Source: Mobula hypostoma
Lineage: Eukaryota
DNA length: 64,000 nt
Assembly: GCF_963921235.1 (NCBI RefSeq)
Contig: NC_086097.1
Span: 151,034,001-151,098,000 of the forward strand
Direction: 5' to 3'
Shown: piece after piece, positions 50,834 to 62,044 of the stretch
Position numbering within the stretch: the stretch's first letter is position 1
Layout of the letters: each line of letters begins with the position of its first letter
Translations under genes and position numbers: made by a program
The notes under the pieces: model-generated
Seen by the model: only the letters and a program-made list of their open reading frames with translations
Database searches by the model: none
Told to the model about the DNA's origin: nothing

Positions 50834-51725
50834 ACAGACAAGAGAATACCTGCTGATGTTGGAAATCCGAAGGAAGGAGAGGGAAAAGGGGATGGGGAAT
50901 GGTGCCATCACTAGAAATCTGAGAAATTGATGTTCATGCTATCAGGTTGGAGGCTACCCAGACAGAATATAAGGCTATTCCTCCAACTGAATGTGGCTTC
51001 TTTGCAACAGTAGAGGAGGCCATGGATAGAAAGAGAATGGGAAGTGGAACTAGAATGGGTGGCGACTGGGAGATTCCACTTTTTCTGGCAGATGCAATGT
51101 AGGCCTCTTGTATATCGATGAGACCCAACATAGATTGGGAGACTGCTTCATTGAGCATCTATGCTCCATATGCCAGAAAAAGTGGGATCTCCCAGTGGCC
51201 ACCCATTTTAAATCCACTTCCTCTTCCCGTTCCGACATGTCTATCCATGGTCCCCTCTACTGTCATGATGATGACACACTCAAGTTGGAGGAACAATGCC
51301 TTATATTTCGTCTGGGTAGCCTGCAACCTGATGTCATGAACTTCCTCAAACTTCTGGCAATGCCTCCCCCCTCACCATGCCCTATCCTCATTTCCCTCTC
51401 TCACCTTATCCTTGCCTGCCCATCACCTCCCTCTCGTGGTTTTCCCCTCTTTTCTTTCTCCAATGGCTGTCTGTTCTCTCCTATTAGATTCCTCCTATCC
51501 AGCCCTGTATCTCTTTCACCAATCAACTTCCCAGCTCTTTAATTTATCCCTCCCCTTCCAAGTTTCACCTATCACCCTGTGTTTCTCCCTCCCCTGCCCC
51601 ACACTTCAACCCTACTCCTCATCTTTTTTCTCCAGTCCTGCCAAAGGTTCTTGTCCTGAAATACTGACTGTTCTCTTTTCACAGATTCTGCCTGGCCTGC
51701 TGAGTTCCTCCAGCATTTTGTGTGT
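50834..51725. mobile_element. Inverted Penelope-like insertion including the GIY-YIG C-terminal coding part, with a perfect 13-bp TSD
   Basis: TSD gacaaattcaatg at 50821-50833 and 51726-51738. ORF 51108-51542 has YIDETQHRLGDCFIEHL...PVATHF...EEQCLIFRLGSLQP. The left ~260 bp is antisense. Confidence 0.9.
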
Positions 51726-52899
51726 GACAAATTCAATGTGTTTATACATTAAATTACTTAAATTAAGAGCATATATTTAAAATGTTAACTTATTCTCTAT
51801 ATTTTAGGCTGAAACTGCAATTTCACTGGCGATGTGAAACTGCACAGTCATGAAGTTCTATCTTCAGAGTTATTATGGCAAAGGTGAGTTCAACCAAAAA
51901 CACAAGCGATCCACTTGTTTCATACCTTTAGCTTTTGTTTGAAGATTGAACAGCTAATTAATCATAATCAAAAGAGAACAGATTCTCATATAGTGAACCG
52001 CAGCATCACCTTGGATACCCCATGGAATCTTAATGGGAAGATAAACAGACGTTAGAATCTGAGCTGCTTTCACAGTTCAGTATCTGCAGCTGCACTGGGT
52101 TGATTTGGAACCCTGACGTGGCTGATGTCCTGCATAATAGCAGGCTATTATTGGCACAAAACAATAAAGAAAGCACGATCATATGAGAGGGTAATCCATT
52201 AACAAATTGGTCATAAGTGAAGCTCCAGACACACCAATATGCTTGCTGTTACATGATACAAGACTTCACACGGTTGAGGACAATTCATTGACTTTCAGAG
52301 GTCATTAACTAATGATCTTGGTTGGCCTGAGGTAGATTAGCACCTTTAAAGTATTCTGCATTTTTGAATACTTGGGATAGTCAATTAACCTATTTAACTC
52401 TTTTTATAGCTGTAGTTGTTTGAAAGTTAGCACAAATTTCAGTTTTTGACAGCATTTCTGATGTAAGCGTATTATTCCAACATAATCTACTCCATAATTA
52501 CTTTGCATGGACTTAATTTTTCTGTTTTCCTTTCCCACTCCTCTTCTGAAAACACTGATGCACAGATTAATGTTCTTCCAATATTCCACACTTGAGTGGC
52601 ACTGTCTGGTGCCTTGCTTCAGCGACCATCATTCTCACACATGCACTTCTGTTTGGTGAGTTTGTGTGAAAATTAACCTTGCTGCTTTTCTTAATTAACC
52701 CTGACAACAGCTGTAGGGATTTGCTATTACTTCATATGAAGTCAATTCCAGTTGAAACTTAGCACCATGCAAAGTGGTCGCTAGCGTGCTACAATTAGTC
52801 TGTGTTCTCATAGGTTGTGGCTTTGAATAGCCAAGATGAACGGTAGTCTTGGACATTAACAATTTGCCCCTCCATACTTTGGAAATAACATCCAATATC

Positions 52900-53340
52900 T
52901 GCCGTTGTGGGAGACTCGAGATTAAGGATGCCGACAGGCAATTATGTGGTTGTAATTGAGACTCCAGGGTGGTGTATTGCCTCCTGGGTGCGAGGGTCAA
53001 GGATGGTGCTCAGTCAGTACAGGAAGGTGAGCAGCCAGAGGTCATAGTCTATTTTAGAACAATTTTTGGGTTTAGCACACTTACATTTAGCAAATGACTG
53101 TATGATGCCTGTTGTACCTTGTTTCGTCGAATAAAGAAGCTGCTTTATATCTACCTGTACTTTTCTCCAGTGGCTTAATTCATGTAACAGCAGTTTTTAT
53201 AGGTATCGAAGATATAGGCAGAAGCAGAGGTAATGTTCTGCAAAGTGATTTTAGGGAGCTAGGTAGAAATTATAATGCTGCAATTCCACGGTTGTAATCT
53301 CAGGATTACTACCTCTGTCACATGCTAATGAGGTAAGAAA
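52900..53340 (+). pseudogene. CR1 ORF1 SGNH esterase-like fragment
   Basis: Translates to VVGDS, VVYCLLGARVKD, EQPEVIV, DIGR, DFRELGR and VVISGLLP, with an insertion at ~53055-53195. Confidence 0.7.
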
Positions 53341-53369
53341 TAGACACTTCAATTGGACATGCAGTTCAA

Positions 53370-54415
53370 TATAGAACACAGACATCCACAGCACATTACA
53401 GGCCCTCCGGCCCACAACTGCCTAGAATTTCCCTAGCACATAGCCCTCTATTTTTCAAAGCTCCATATACCTATCTAAGAGGCTCTTAAAACCCTATAGT
53501 ACCTGTTTCCACCACAGTCGCCAGCAGCCCATTCCACGCACCCACCACTCTCTGAGTGAAAAACTTACCCCTGACGTCTCCTCTGTATCTACTTCCAAGC
53601 CCCTTAAAACTATGCTTCCTTGTGTTAGCCATTTCAGCCATTTCAGAGGAGAAAGCCTCTGACTATCCACACGATCAATGCTTCTCATCATCTGATACAC
53701 CTCTATAAGGTCACCTCTCACCCTCTGTCACTCCAAGGAGAAAAACCCAAGGTCACCCAACCTATTCCTATAAGGCCACATTCTCCAATCCAGGCAACAT
53801 TCTTTTAAATCTCCTCTGCACTCTCTCTATAGTATCCACATCCTCTCTGTAGTGAGGTGACCAGAACTGAACACAGTACTCCAAATGGGGTCTGACCAAG
53901 GTCTTATATAACTGTAACATTATCTCACGGCTCTTGAACTCAATCCCAAGGCTGGTAAATGCCAACACACCATATGCCTTCTTAGCAACACTGTCATCCT
54001 CTGCAGCAGTTTTGAGTGTCCTATGGACATGGACCCCAAAATCTCTCTGATCCTCCACTCTGCCAGAAGTCTTACCACTAATATTATATTCTGCCTTCGA
54101 ATTTTACCTTCCAAAATGAACCACTTCACCCTTTTCTGGATTGGACTCGATCTGCCACTTCTCAGCCCAGTTTTGCATCCTATCAATGTCCCGCTGTAAC
54201 CTCTGACACCCCTCCAGACTATTCACAATACCCCCAACTTTTGTGCCATCAGCAAACTTACTAACCTACCCTTTTACTTATTCATCCAGGTCAATTATAA
54301 AAACCACAAAGAGGAAGGGTTCCAGAACAGATCCCTGCAGACACCACTGGTTACCGGCCTCCATGCAGAATACGAACCATCTACAACCACCCTTTTCCTT
54401 CTGTGGGCAAGCCAA
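53370..54415 (-). mobile_element. CR1 LINE 3' part
   Basis: ORFs 53768-54058 (YKTLVRPHLEYCVQFWSP) and 53494-53721. Confidence 0.9.
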
Positions 54416-54416
54416 T

Positions 54417-54985
54417 GGAGTTAAATTGACTTTATATCTTACATCCTTCACATATGTGACAAGTAAAAATCTTTACGTTACATCTCCAAATGAATGTGCA
54501 ATGTGCAAATTATAGCTATTTGTAACAAATAGTATGTGCAGTAAGATATACAACAGGGCAGTCAATATAGCTTAGAAATACAACCGTATCAGCAAGAATT
54601 AATCAGTCTGATGGTCTCGTGGAAGAAGCTGTCTCGGAGCTTGTTGGTCCTGACTTTTATCTGCAGTACCGTTTCCTGGATGGTAGCAGCTGGAACAGTT
54701 TGTGGTCGGGCCCTTTTTACGCACCTGTCTCTGTAAATGTCCTGAATCGTGGGAAATTCACATCTACAGATGCACTGAGCTGTCCACACCACTCTCTGCA
54801 GAGTCCTGCAATTGAGGGAAGTACAGTTACCATACTAGGTAGTGATGCAGCCAGTCAGGATGCTCTCAATTGTATCCCTGTTGAAAGTCCTTCAGATGTG
54901 GGGACTCATGCCAAACTTTTTCACCCCACAGCCAGTATGTGCAGACCACGTGAGATCCTCAGTGATGTGTATGCCGAGGAACTTG
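54417..54985 (-). mobile_element. Rex1-type LINE 3' fragment
   Basis: ORF 54589-54792 (TAQCI...PTIQDIY..RC.KRA, TNKLRDSFFHETIRL). Confidence 0.75.
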
Positions 54986-54999
54986 CCGAAGACCCCACT

Positions 55000-56090
55000 G
55001 ATCAGAATTCAGGATCATGGTGCGGTAAGGGTCAAGGACAAGGAAGTAAGGTAAGGAAGCCTTGGATAACCCGAAGGGTCCAGTAATTATTCAGGAAGAA
55101 AAAAGAAGCATGCAGGTATGTAGGGTTCAGGAAGATAAGATAAGATTAGCCTGGACCCTTGTGGAATATGAAGTTAGCAGAGCAGTGCTCAAGCAGGCTA
55201 TTAGAAAGGCCAAAAGGAGCTATTAAATGTCCTTGATAAGGAGGATCAAGGAGAATCCCAAGGTATTGTATACATCTTAAAATAACTAAGGAGAGGTTGG
55301 TCTGTTCAGAGATAAAAGAATTTGTGCTTGAACCAGTGAAATTGGCTGGGGTACTAAATGAGTACTTTGTAAGACCTGGAGACCATAAGACTTAACAGCA
55401 GAATTAGGTAATTCAGCCTATAGAGTCTGCTGTGTCAATCAACCATGACTGATCTTTCATCCCTTTCAACCCGGTTCTCCTACCTTCTCCCCATATCCTT
55501 TAATGCTGTGACTAATGAACAACATATCAACCTCCACTTTAAATATACCCTATGACTTGGCTTCCATAGCCATCTGTGGCAATGAATTCCACAGATTCAC
55601 CACCCTCTGGCTAAAGAAATTCCTCCTCATCTTTATTCTAAAGAGACACCTTTCCATCTGAGGCTGCGCCTTCTGGTCCTAGACTCCCTCACTATAGGAA
55701 ATATCCTTTCCACATCTACTCCATTTAGGCCTTTCAGTGTTTGATAGGTTTCAATGAGATCCCCCCTTATTCTTCTAAGCTATAATGAGTATGGGCCCAG
55801 ACCATCAAACACTCTTCACATGTTAACCATTTCATTCTGAATCATTTCCATGATCCTCCTCTGGACTGGATCCAGTGCCAGCGCATCCTTTCCTAGAGAA
55901 TGGGCCTAAAACCGCTCACAATACTCCAAGTGTGGTGTGACCAATGCTTTCTAAAGCCTCAGCTGTGTTGGTACTTACTGAGGAGAAGGAGTTCCAGTAT
56001 AGTGAAAATACGCTGGGGCATTTTGAGTTTAAGGAGGGGGTAGTGCTGGGTCTTCTTAAAAACATTAAAGTTTCCAGAGCTGATGGCATA
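55000..56090 (+). mobile_element. CR1 linker fragment with nested antisense CR1 3' end (55371-55963)
   Basis: Host motifs KPWIT, RIKENPK and VLNEYF|...FTEEK. The insert begins aagacctggagaccataagac and ends aaagcctcagc, with a 3-bp tgt duplication. Confidence 0.8.
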
Positions 56091-56281
56091 ACGAAGAGGA
56101 ATTGTGTTTTACCTAGAGTCATAGAGGGATGCAACGGGAGAGCAGCCCCTTTTGCCCACTGACTGAACACAGATCATCAGCCACCAATTTACATTAGTCC
56201 TACATTAGTCCCACTGTCAATTCTTTGCACATTCTTATTAGATAACAACACCCCCCCCCCCCCCCACCCGGCAGATTCACC

Positions 56282-57740
56282 TGTCACAACCATGGACACA
56301 GAGTCTGAGTGCTCTTGCAGGCAGGCAGCTGAAAGAAGATGACAATCATGCATGTGAGAACATTCCAGCAGATTAGGGTTCCTTTGTAGTTGTATTTAAC
56401 TCTCTTCCTTTCGCTTCAGTCTTGTCATGTCCTGAACGAAGTACAGCAACGCTCCGTTTACTTTCGTCCTTGTTCCGGTAAAGAAGATCAGTGATTAGGT
56501 AGAGTCTGTTAAGGGAGCAGTGTTAATTTAGTTCCATATTACTGCTTTTGAGCTGCAGTAATAGCGTTAGTTAGAGAGTGGCCTTGTTGGCCTAGCGTTT
56601 ATTATTTTCCTTTGTTCTATACACAACCCTTGGATCAATTGGTACCCAAGGGTTCTAAGAGTGGGGACAGGCAGAAAGAATACCAAGGCTAATGTTCCCC
56701 CCCCACCAGTTTGACATCTCTGAGGACAGTACCAACCCAAAGCCCATTCTTCACTGCACTTGCATATCTGTTCTGGTGACTTGGAATAGAAACTGAGGTG
56801 AAGATGACACAGTGATCCAGATGATCCAGCCTGGGGTGAGGGACCTCCCAACAGGCTGCTTGTCCCTGCCACTGTGCACCCCAGAATGTTGGAATAGGGT
56901 TACCCTTCCCATCTGGTTGGCTACCCGGGGCTTCAACAGACCTTAGAATTCATAAAGAAATGATTTTGGTGGCCATCTATGTCCCAAGATGCTCACGACT
57001 TTGTCTCTGCCTGTCCCACTTGTGCCCAGAACAAGGTGTCACATCAGCACTCTGCTGGTCTGTTCTTCCCACTGTCTGTCCTCACTACCCTTGGAGTCCC
57101 TGCTGCTGAATAGTTGGTCCAACACTGCAAGTGCATTTGGAGATGGGCCAGGGCTTTTCTGCTGCGAACCCAGAATCAATATGCCCGGTTGGCTAATTGG
57201 CTCTGTTGACAGTTAAGGCCTCTCAAGCCAGCAAAAAATGTCTGGCTGGTGTCTACATTGAAAGTTGAGAGTCGCAAGATGGTCGCTCACAATGTGGGAC
57301 CATCTATAGTAAAGAAGGCTGTCAACTGAGCCTCTGTAGGCTGAACCTACAGAAGATCCACGAAGATTCACATGTCCCACGTCTCCCAGAAGTCGGTGAC
57401 TCCCCTCCCCCGTTGCTCCAATCACTCCCCCATATCCTGCTTGATGGATGGGTCACTGGTCTATTTTGTGCAGCACAGCCTGGCATCTCACTGGGACCAA
57501 GGCAGTGTCCAGTACTTTGTTGATGAGGAAGGGCATGGTCCTGAGGATTGTTATTTGGTTCCAGCTAAACACATCGCGGACAAGTCTCTCATTTGGGACT
57601 CCAGTGGGCACAGGCCTCAGGCGCATCGGGAACTGTGCTGTAGGGAGGAGGGCCCTGTCACAACTGTGATACAGCTGTGCAGTCTAGGCACACACACAGG
57701 TAGCAGCTGAAAGAAGATGGCAACCACACACATGAGACTG
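56282..57740 (+). mobile_element. Internally deleted chromoviral (sushi-like) Gypsy element with both LTR starts
   Basis: LTR starts tgtcacaac...cagctgaaagaagatg lie at 56282 and 57656, with PPT agggaggagggccc. Integrase zinc-finger GYPG..QTL.FI...FWWPSM..D..DFVSACPTCAQNK; chromodomain QYFVDEEGHGPED..LVP.KHI.D..LI (~57462-57593). Confidence 0.8.
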
Positions 57741-58357
57741 TAGGAAATGGAGGAGATGTGGGGTAAGGGCAGATCTGTGGGAAATGGAGGAGATGTGGGT
57801 GAGGGCAGCACCAGTGGTGATGGAAGGACTTTAATGCAATGGATTTTTGAAGGGGCAGGTACAAGTAATATTCTCCTCCTTTACTTAAGTAATGTCTTTG
57901 ATAATTTATTCTATGATTTTCCACCCCATCTGTCATGAAACTTGAGGCTTGAGATGCAACCAGCCTCCTGTTACTTGATCTCAGTAGAGCATCTGTTAAG
58001 TGTGATGTTGGGAGTGACTGTAGCAAGTCACCTTCCTGGAAGAGAGGTGACTTTACATGCAAGTTAAATACAATATAGCGACAATCAAATCATATTTCCC
58101 TGAATGAAAAGTAATCAAAAGCATTACTAGGATTTGACACAGCATCAGTGAAGGATTGATGACCTGTGGCCATTCTATGTGGTTTGCAGATGAGCTTGCA
58201 AATGATCATTTTCCCATGCTGTTTCTGCTCTTGTCCTTTTTGATCATTAAGGTTGTGAGTCAGAAGGTGCTATCAAAATTAGTTTAGTGAGTTGCTGAAA
58301 CACTGCAGGCACAGTTCATCAACAATTCATAGAATAGATTTTGATCCTTGTGTTATA

Positions 58358-58921
58358 CACTCCATGGCCATTTTATTAAGTACACCTGTACATCAGCTCG
58401 TAAATGCAAAATCTAATTAGCCAATCATGTGGCAGCAACTCAATGGTTAAAAGCATGAAGACGTGGTCAAGAGCTTCATTTGTTCTTTGGACACCAGAAT
58501 GGGGAAGAAATGTGATCCAAGTGACTTTCACCATGGAATATATGTTGGTGCCAGATGGGGTGGTTGGGGTACCTTAGAAACTACTGATCTCCTGGGATTT
58601 TCGCACACAACTGTCTATAGAGTTTGCAGAGAATGGTGCAAAACAAAAAACATCAGTCAGTGAGCAGCAGTTTCGTGGGCGAAAATGCTGTGTTAATGAG
58701 AGAGGTCAAAGGTGAATAGCCAGACTGATTCAAGCTGACAGGAAGGTGACAGCAATTCTAATAACCACATGTTACAACAGTGGTGTATAGAAGAGCATCT
58801 CCGAATGCACAATATGTTGAGCTTTGAAGTGGATGGGCTACAGCAGCAGAAGACCACAAATATACACTCACTGACCACTTTATTAAGTACAGGAGGTACC
58901 TAATAAAAGGGCCACAGAGTG
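58358..58921 (+). mobile_element. Non-autonomous Tc1 derivative with N-terminal transposase remnant, terminating in a 57-bp TIR-only MITE (58865-58921)
   Basis: TA-cactccatggccattttattaagtac ... gtacctaataaaagggccacagagtg-TA. ORF MGKKCDPSDFHHGIYVGAR...LLGFSHTTVYRVCREW is HTH-like. Confidence 0.8.
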
Positions 58922-60585
58922 TACGTGCCCATCGAACAATGTTCTGAATGGATAGCATTGTGCTTTTTGATGCAGTAAAGTTTTCATTGATCTAGGTACT
59001 AGTATGATGTTGATCACCTTTCACCTCTGCAAATCAATGAATAACATTAACCGAGTATCCATTTCCTTGGCACCTCAGATAACTCCTTAAATGGTAGGTA
59101 GACTTCCCATATGCTAATGAAGGGCCTGTCTGAGGACACTCAGCAATGATGGTCAGCGTTGAGAAAGGCATGCATTAGGAATGTCCGGTTTAGGTTTTGG
59201 TAGGGTTGGAATGACCAAATATTTTCTTGTGCTGGTTTTTCCCTGTAAAATTTTTACATATATTTTGAGACATAGTTATCAATGGAAATTAAAATAGGGA
59301 GAAGCGTGTTACAGAAAATATCACGAAAAATCAGAATTACTCCTTATAATACTCAGAGTGCAGCATTTTATCAGCACCAGATATGTCATTGTTCCACTTA
59401 AATTGTAACCCATAATTCTACATATATGGTACTTCTCTGACCTTTCTATGTAAAATCAAAACTGGAAAGTTCTTCTATTAATTTTCTAGAAATATAACCA
59501 GAATTTCCACTCAATTGCTTTTGTAATTTCAGTGGTAAAGCGGGGAACTTGTGCCTGTAGGCTTGTGTATGCTAATCTCGGTCCTTCATTCATGAATTAA
59601 ATTCGGATGATATATTTTCTTACAATCTTCAGCCTTTCCAATCCCAAACATGTACATAAACATGGTTCATTTATAAAGCATGCTTGAAGTGTGTACATAC
59701 TTGAACTGCAGTGAAGAATGAACATAAAGATAGTCAAGGGAACAGATATTAGGCAGAGTGACAGAAGTTCAGTGAAAGAGGTGAGTTTTAAGGAGTGTCT
59801 GCACACAGGAGAGAGAGAAGTAGAATAAGTTCAGGAGAAGAATTCTGCTCTTGGGTTAAGTGTGTTGAAAGGACATCTTGTCTCTTTGATTCCCCTCAAA
59901 TTCTCTTGAGTTTTTCAGACCATGTGTGGTTTGCCTTTGCTCCTCATCAAATATTACTGTCAGAGTCTGACAATAGTTAAAATCTATTGTTTGTTACTGG
60001 TGAGACCAATGAACAGTAGTTAATACCTTCTAATCACTGCAGATTTTCACTTCTTTCTTGGATATTGGCACACCCTTCCTAACTTCACAATTCCCCAACC
60101 ACTCTAATTGTTAAAAATAAAGATAAAACTAGACTGCGGTTTCTGGAGGAGCAGTTCTATTGTAAAGACTTTAAAAATACCCAGATCTATAAAGCATGAT
60201 TTCATACCAAGGCAAATTAATTTCTCTTTTTCAACAGAACCAAATGAAATTCCAATGTCACGTAGATTTCAAAAAATGAGCCTTAGAGGAAATCTTCCAA
60301 AAGAGAGGTTAGGATGAGTAACATTTCAAAGAAGCTACAGAAAAAGGAAACAAATATACAGTCAATGACAAATGCTGTGAAAGATATTTCAGATGTAAAA
60401 ATCAGTGCAAAGGCAATAAAGTTCAGCATTGTTAAATTAGAAAAGTTGACATTTCTCCTCTTTTTCTCATTTATCCATGTCAATGAATTTATTACAATAG
60501 TGAGAAGATTTTCTGGAAATTCTGCAACACACATCAAAGTTGCTGGTGAACGCAGCAGGCCAGGCAGCATCTCTAGGAAGAGGTA

Positions 60586-60623
60586 CAGTCGACGTTTCAG
60601 GCCGAGACCCTTCGTCAGGACTA
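60586..60623 (-). ncRNA. Minimal hammerhead ribozyme motif (mirror copy)
   Basis: Exact reverse complement of 61116-61153. Confidence 0.72.
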
Positions 60624-61115
60624 ACTGAAGGAAGAGTTAGTAAGAGATTTGAAAGTGGGAGGGGGGAGGGGGATATCCAAAATGATTGGAGAAGACAGGA
60701 GGGGGAGGGATGGAGCCAAGAGCTGGACAGGTGATTGGCAAAGGGGATATGAGAGGATCATGGGACAGGAGGTCTGGGGAGAAAGACAAGAGGGGGCGGA
60801 ACCCAGAGGATGGGCAAGGGGTTTAGTCAGAGGGACAGAGGGAGAAAAAGGAGAGTGAGAGAAAGAATGTGTGTATAAAAATAATCTCCTTTTTCTCCCT
60901 CTGTCCCTCTGACTAAACCCCTTGCCCATCCTCTGGGTTCCGCCCCCTCTTGTCTTTCTCCCCAGACCTCCTGTCCCATGATCCTCTCATATCCCCTTTG
61001 CCAATCACCTGTCCAGCTCTTGGCTCCATCCCTCCCCCTCCTGTCTTCTCCAATCATTTTGGATATCCCCCTCCCCCCTCCCACTTTCAAATCTCTTACT
61101 CACTCTTCCTTCAGT

Positions 61116-61153
61116 TAGTCCTGACGAAGGGTCTCGGCCTGAAACGTCGACTG
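61116..61153 (+). ncRNA. Minimal type I hammerhead ribozyme motif (PLE type), predicted cleavage after C61148
   Basis: UAGUC(stem I)-CUGACGA-AGG[GUCUCGG]CCU(stem II)-GAAA-CG-UC^-GACUG(stem I'). All core nucleotides are present, with palindromic ACGU in place of stem III. Confidence 0.72.
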
Positions 61154-62044
61154 TACCTCTTCCTAGAGATGCTGCCTGGCCTGCTGCGTTCACCAGCAAC
61201 TTTGATGTGTGTTGCTTGAACTTCCAGCATCTGCAGAATTCCTGTTGTCTGGAATTTCTGCAAATTATTTTGCAAAGTTCTATTGGAAAATACATTGATT
61301 TGCATGTAATACTTACCCATTCTGTAAAAGAATCTCTTCGTATAAATTTAAATTAGTCACTGGCTTGAAAGAAGGGCAGGGAAGTGGGCAGACTCCAGGG
61401 ATTATGTGTTGATATAATAACCTTGAACCCATAAGTATTTAGATAGCTACTAAATGGCTATCTTAATCTTTAAAGTTGTGATAATTTCACAATTTGAAAT
61501 GGGGACACTTCTTTTTACCTCATTAGGGAGAGAGAGAGAGTTTGTGGTATGTCAAATGACTGGGTGAACGAGTAGTCTTTGGGGTACTGCAAGTCTGTGT
61601 CTTTATTGATGCTTTGCTGCATGCTTAAGTGCTTGGTTGGGGGTGCCGATGAATTTTTGCAGGTGGGGGAAAGGGGGTTCATTGTTTTGCTGCTGCTTAT
61701 GCGTGAGTGGGGGGGAGCTGAGCGGGGCTTTGTGGTTCTAACATTTAACTCTCATTCATCCTTCAGGGCACTCCTCTGTTTTTCTGGCTGTTTCTGAAGA
61801 AAAAGAATTTCAGAATGCATATTGTATACATTTCTCTGACATTCAATGTACCTATTGAACCTACTGAATTTTCAGAAGTTTCAATGCAGACACTTGTTGG
61901 ATGCCAGCAGTAACACCGTGGGATAAGTCTTGCATCTGTTTAAATGCTTATTCATGCCATTTCCCTTGGTAGTTGTGTTACCTGAAAGCTGAAAAGCAGG
62001 ACCTCCAAGATAGTAATCTATGGATTGCTATCTGTTCCACGTGC

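Larger units (their letters stand above)
60528..61247. mobile_element. Young palindromic Penelope-like insertion: 331-bp inverted arms (60524-60854 / 60885-61215), 30-bp spacer, ~16-bp TSD
   Basis: The arms are reverse-complementary with one visible mismatch. Flanks tctggaaattctgcaa (60512-60527) and tctggaatttctgcaa (61248-61263); the extra terminal tail 61216-61247 is on one arm only. Confidence 0.95.

Noticed and set aside
60524..61215. Palindrome as an assembly fold-back artefact
   Set aside because: It has a flanking TSD, a mismatch between arms and an asymmetric tail, and five similar diverged structures occur in the window. Read-level confirmation is still desirable.
60540..61320. Identical ORFs on opposite strands (duplicated small genes)
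   Set aside because: They are a by-product of the palindrome and low-complexity purine tracts, with no protein features.
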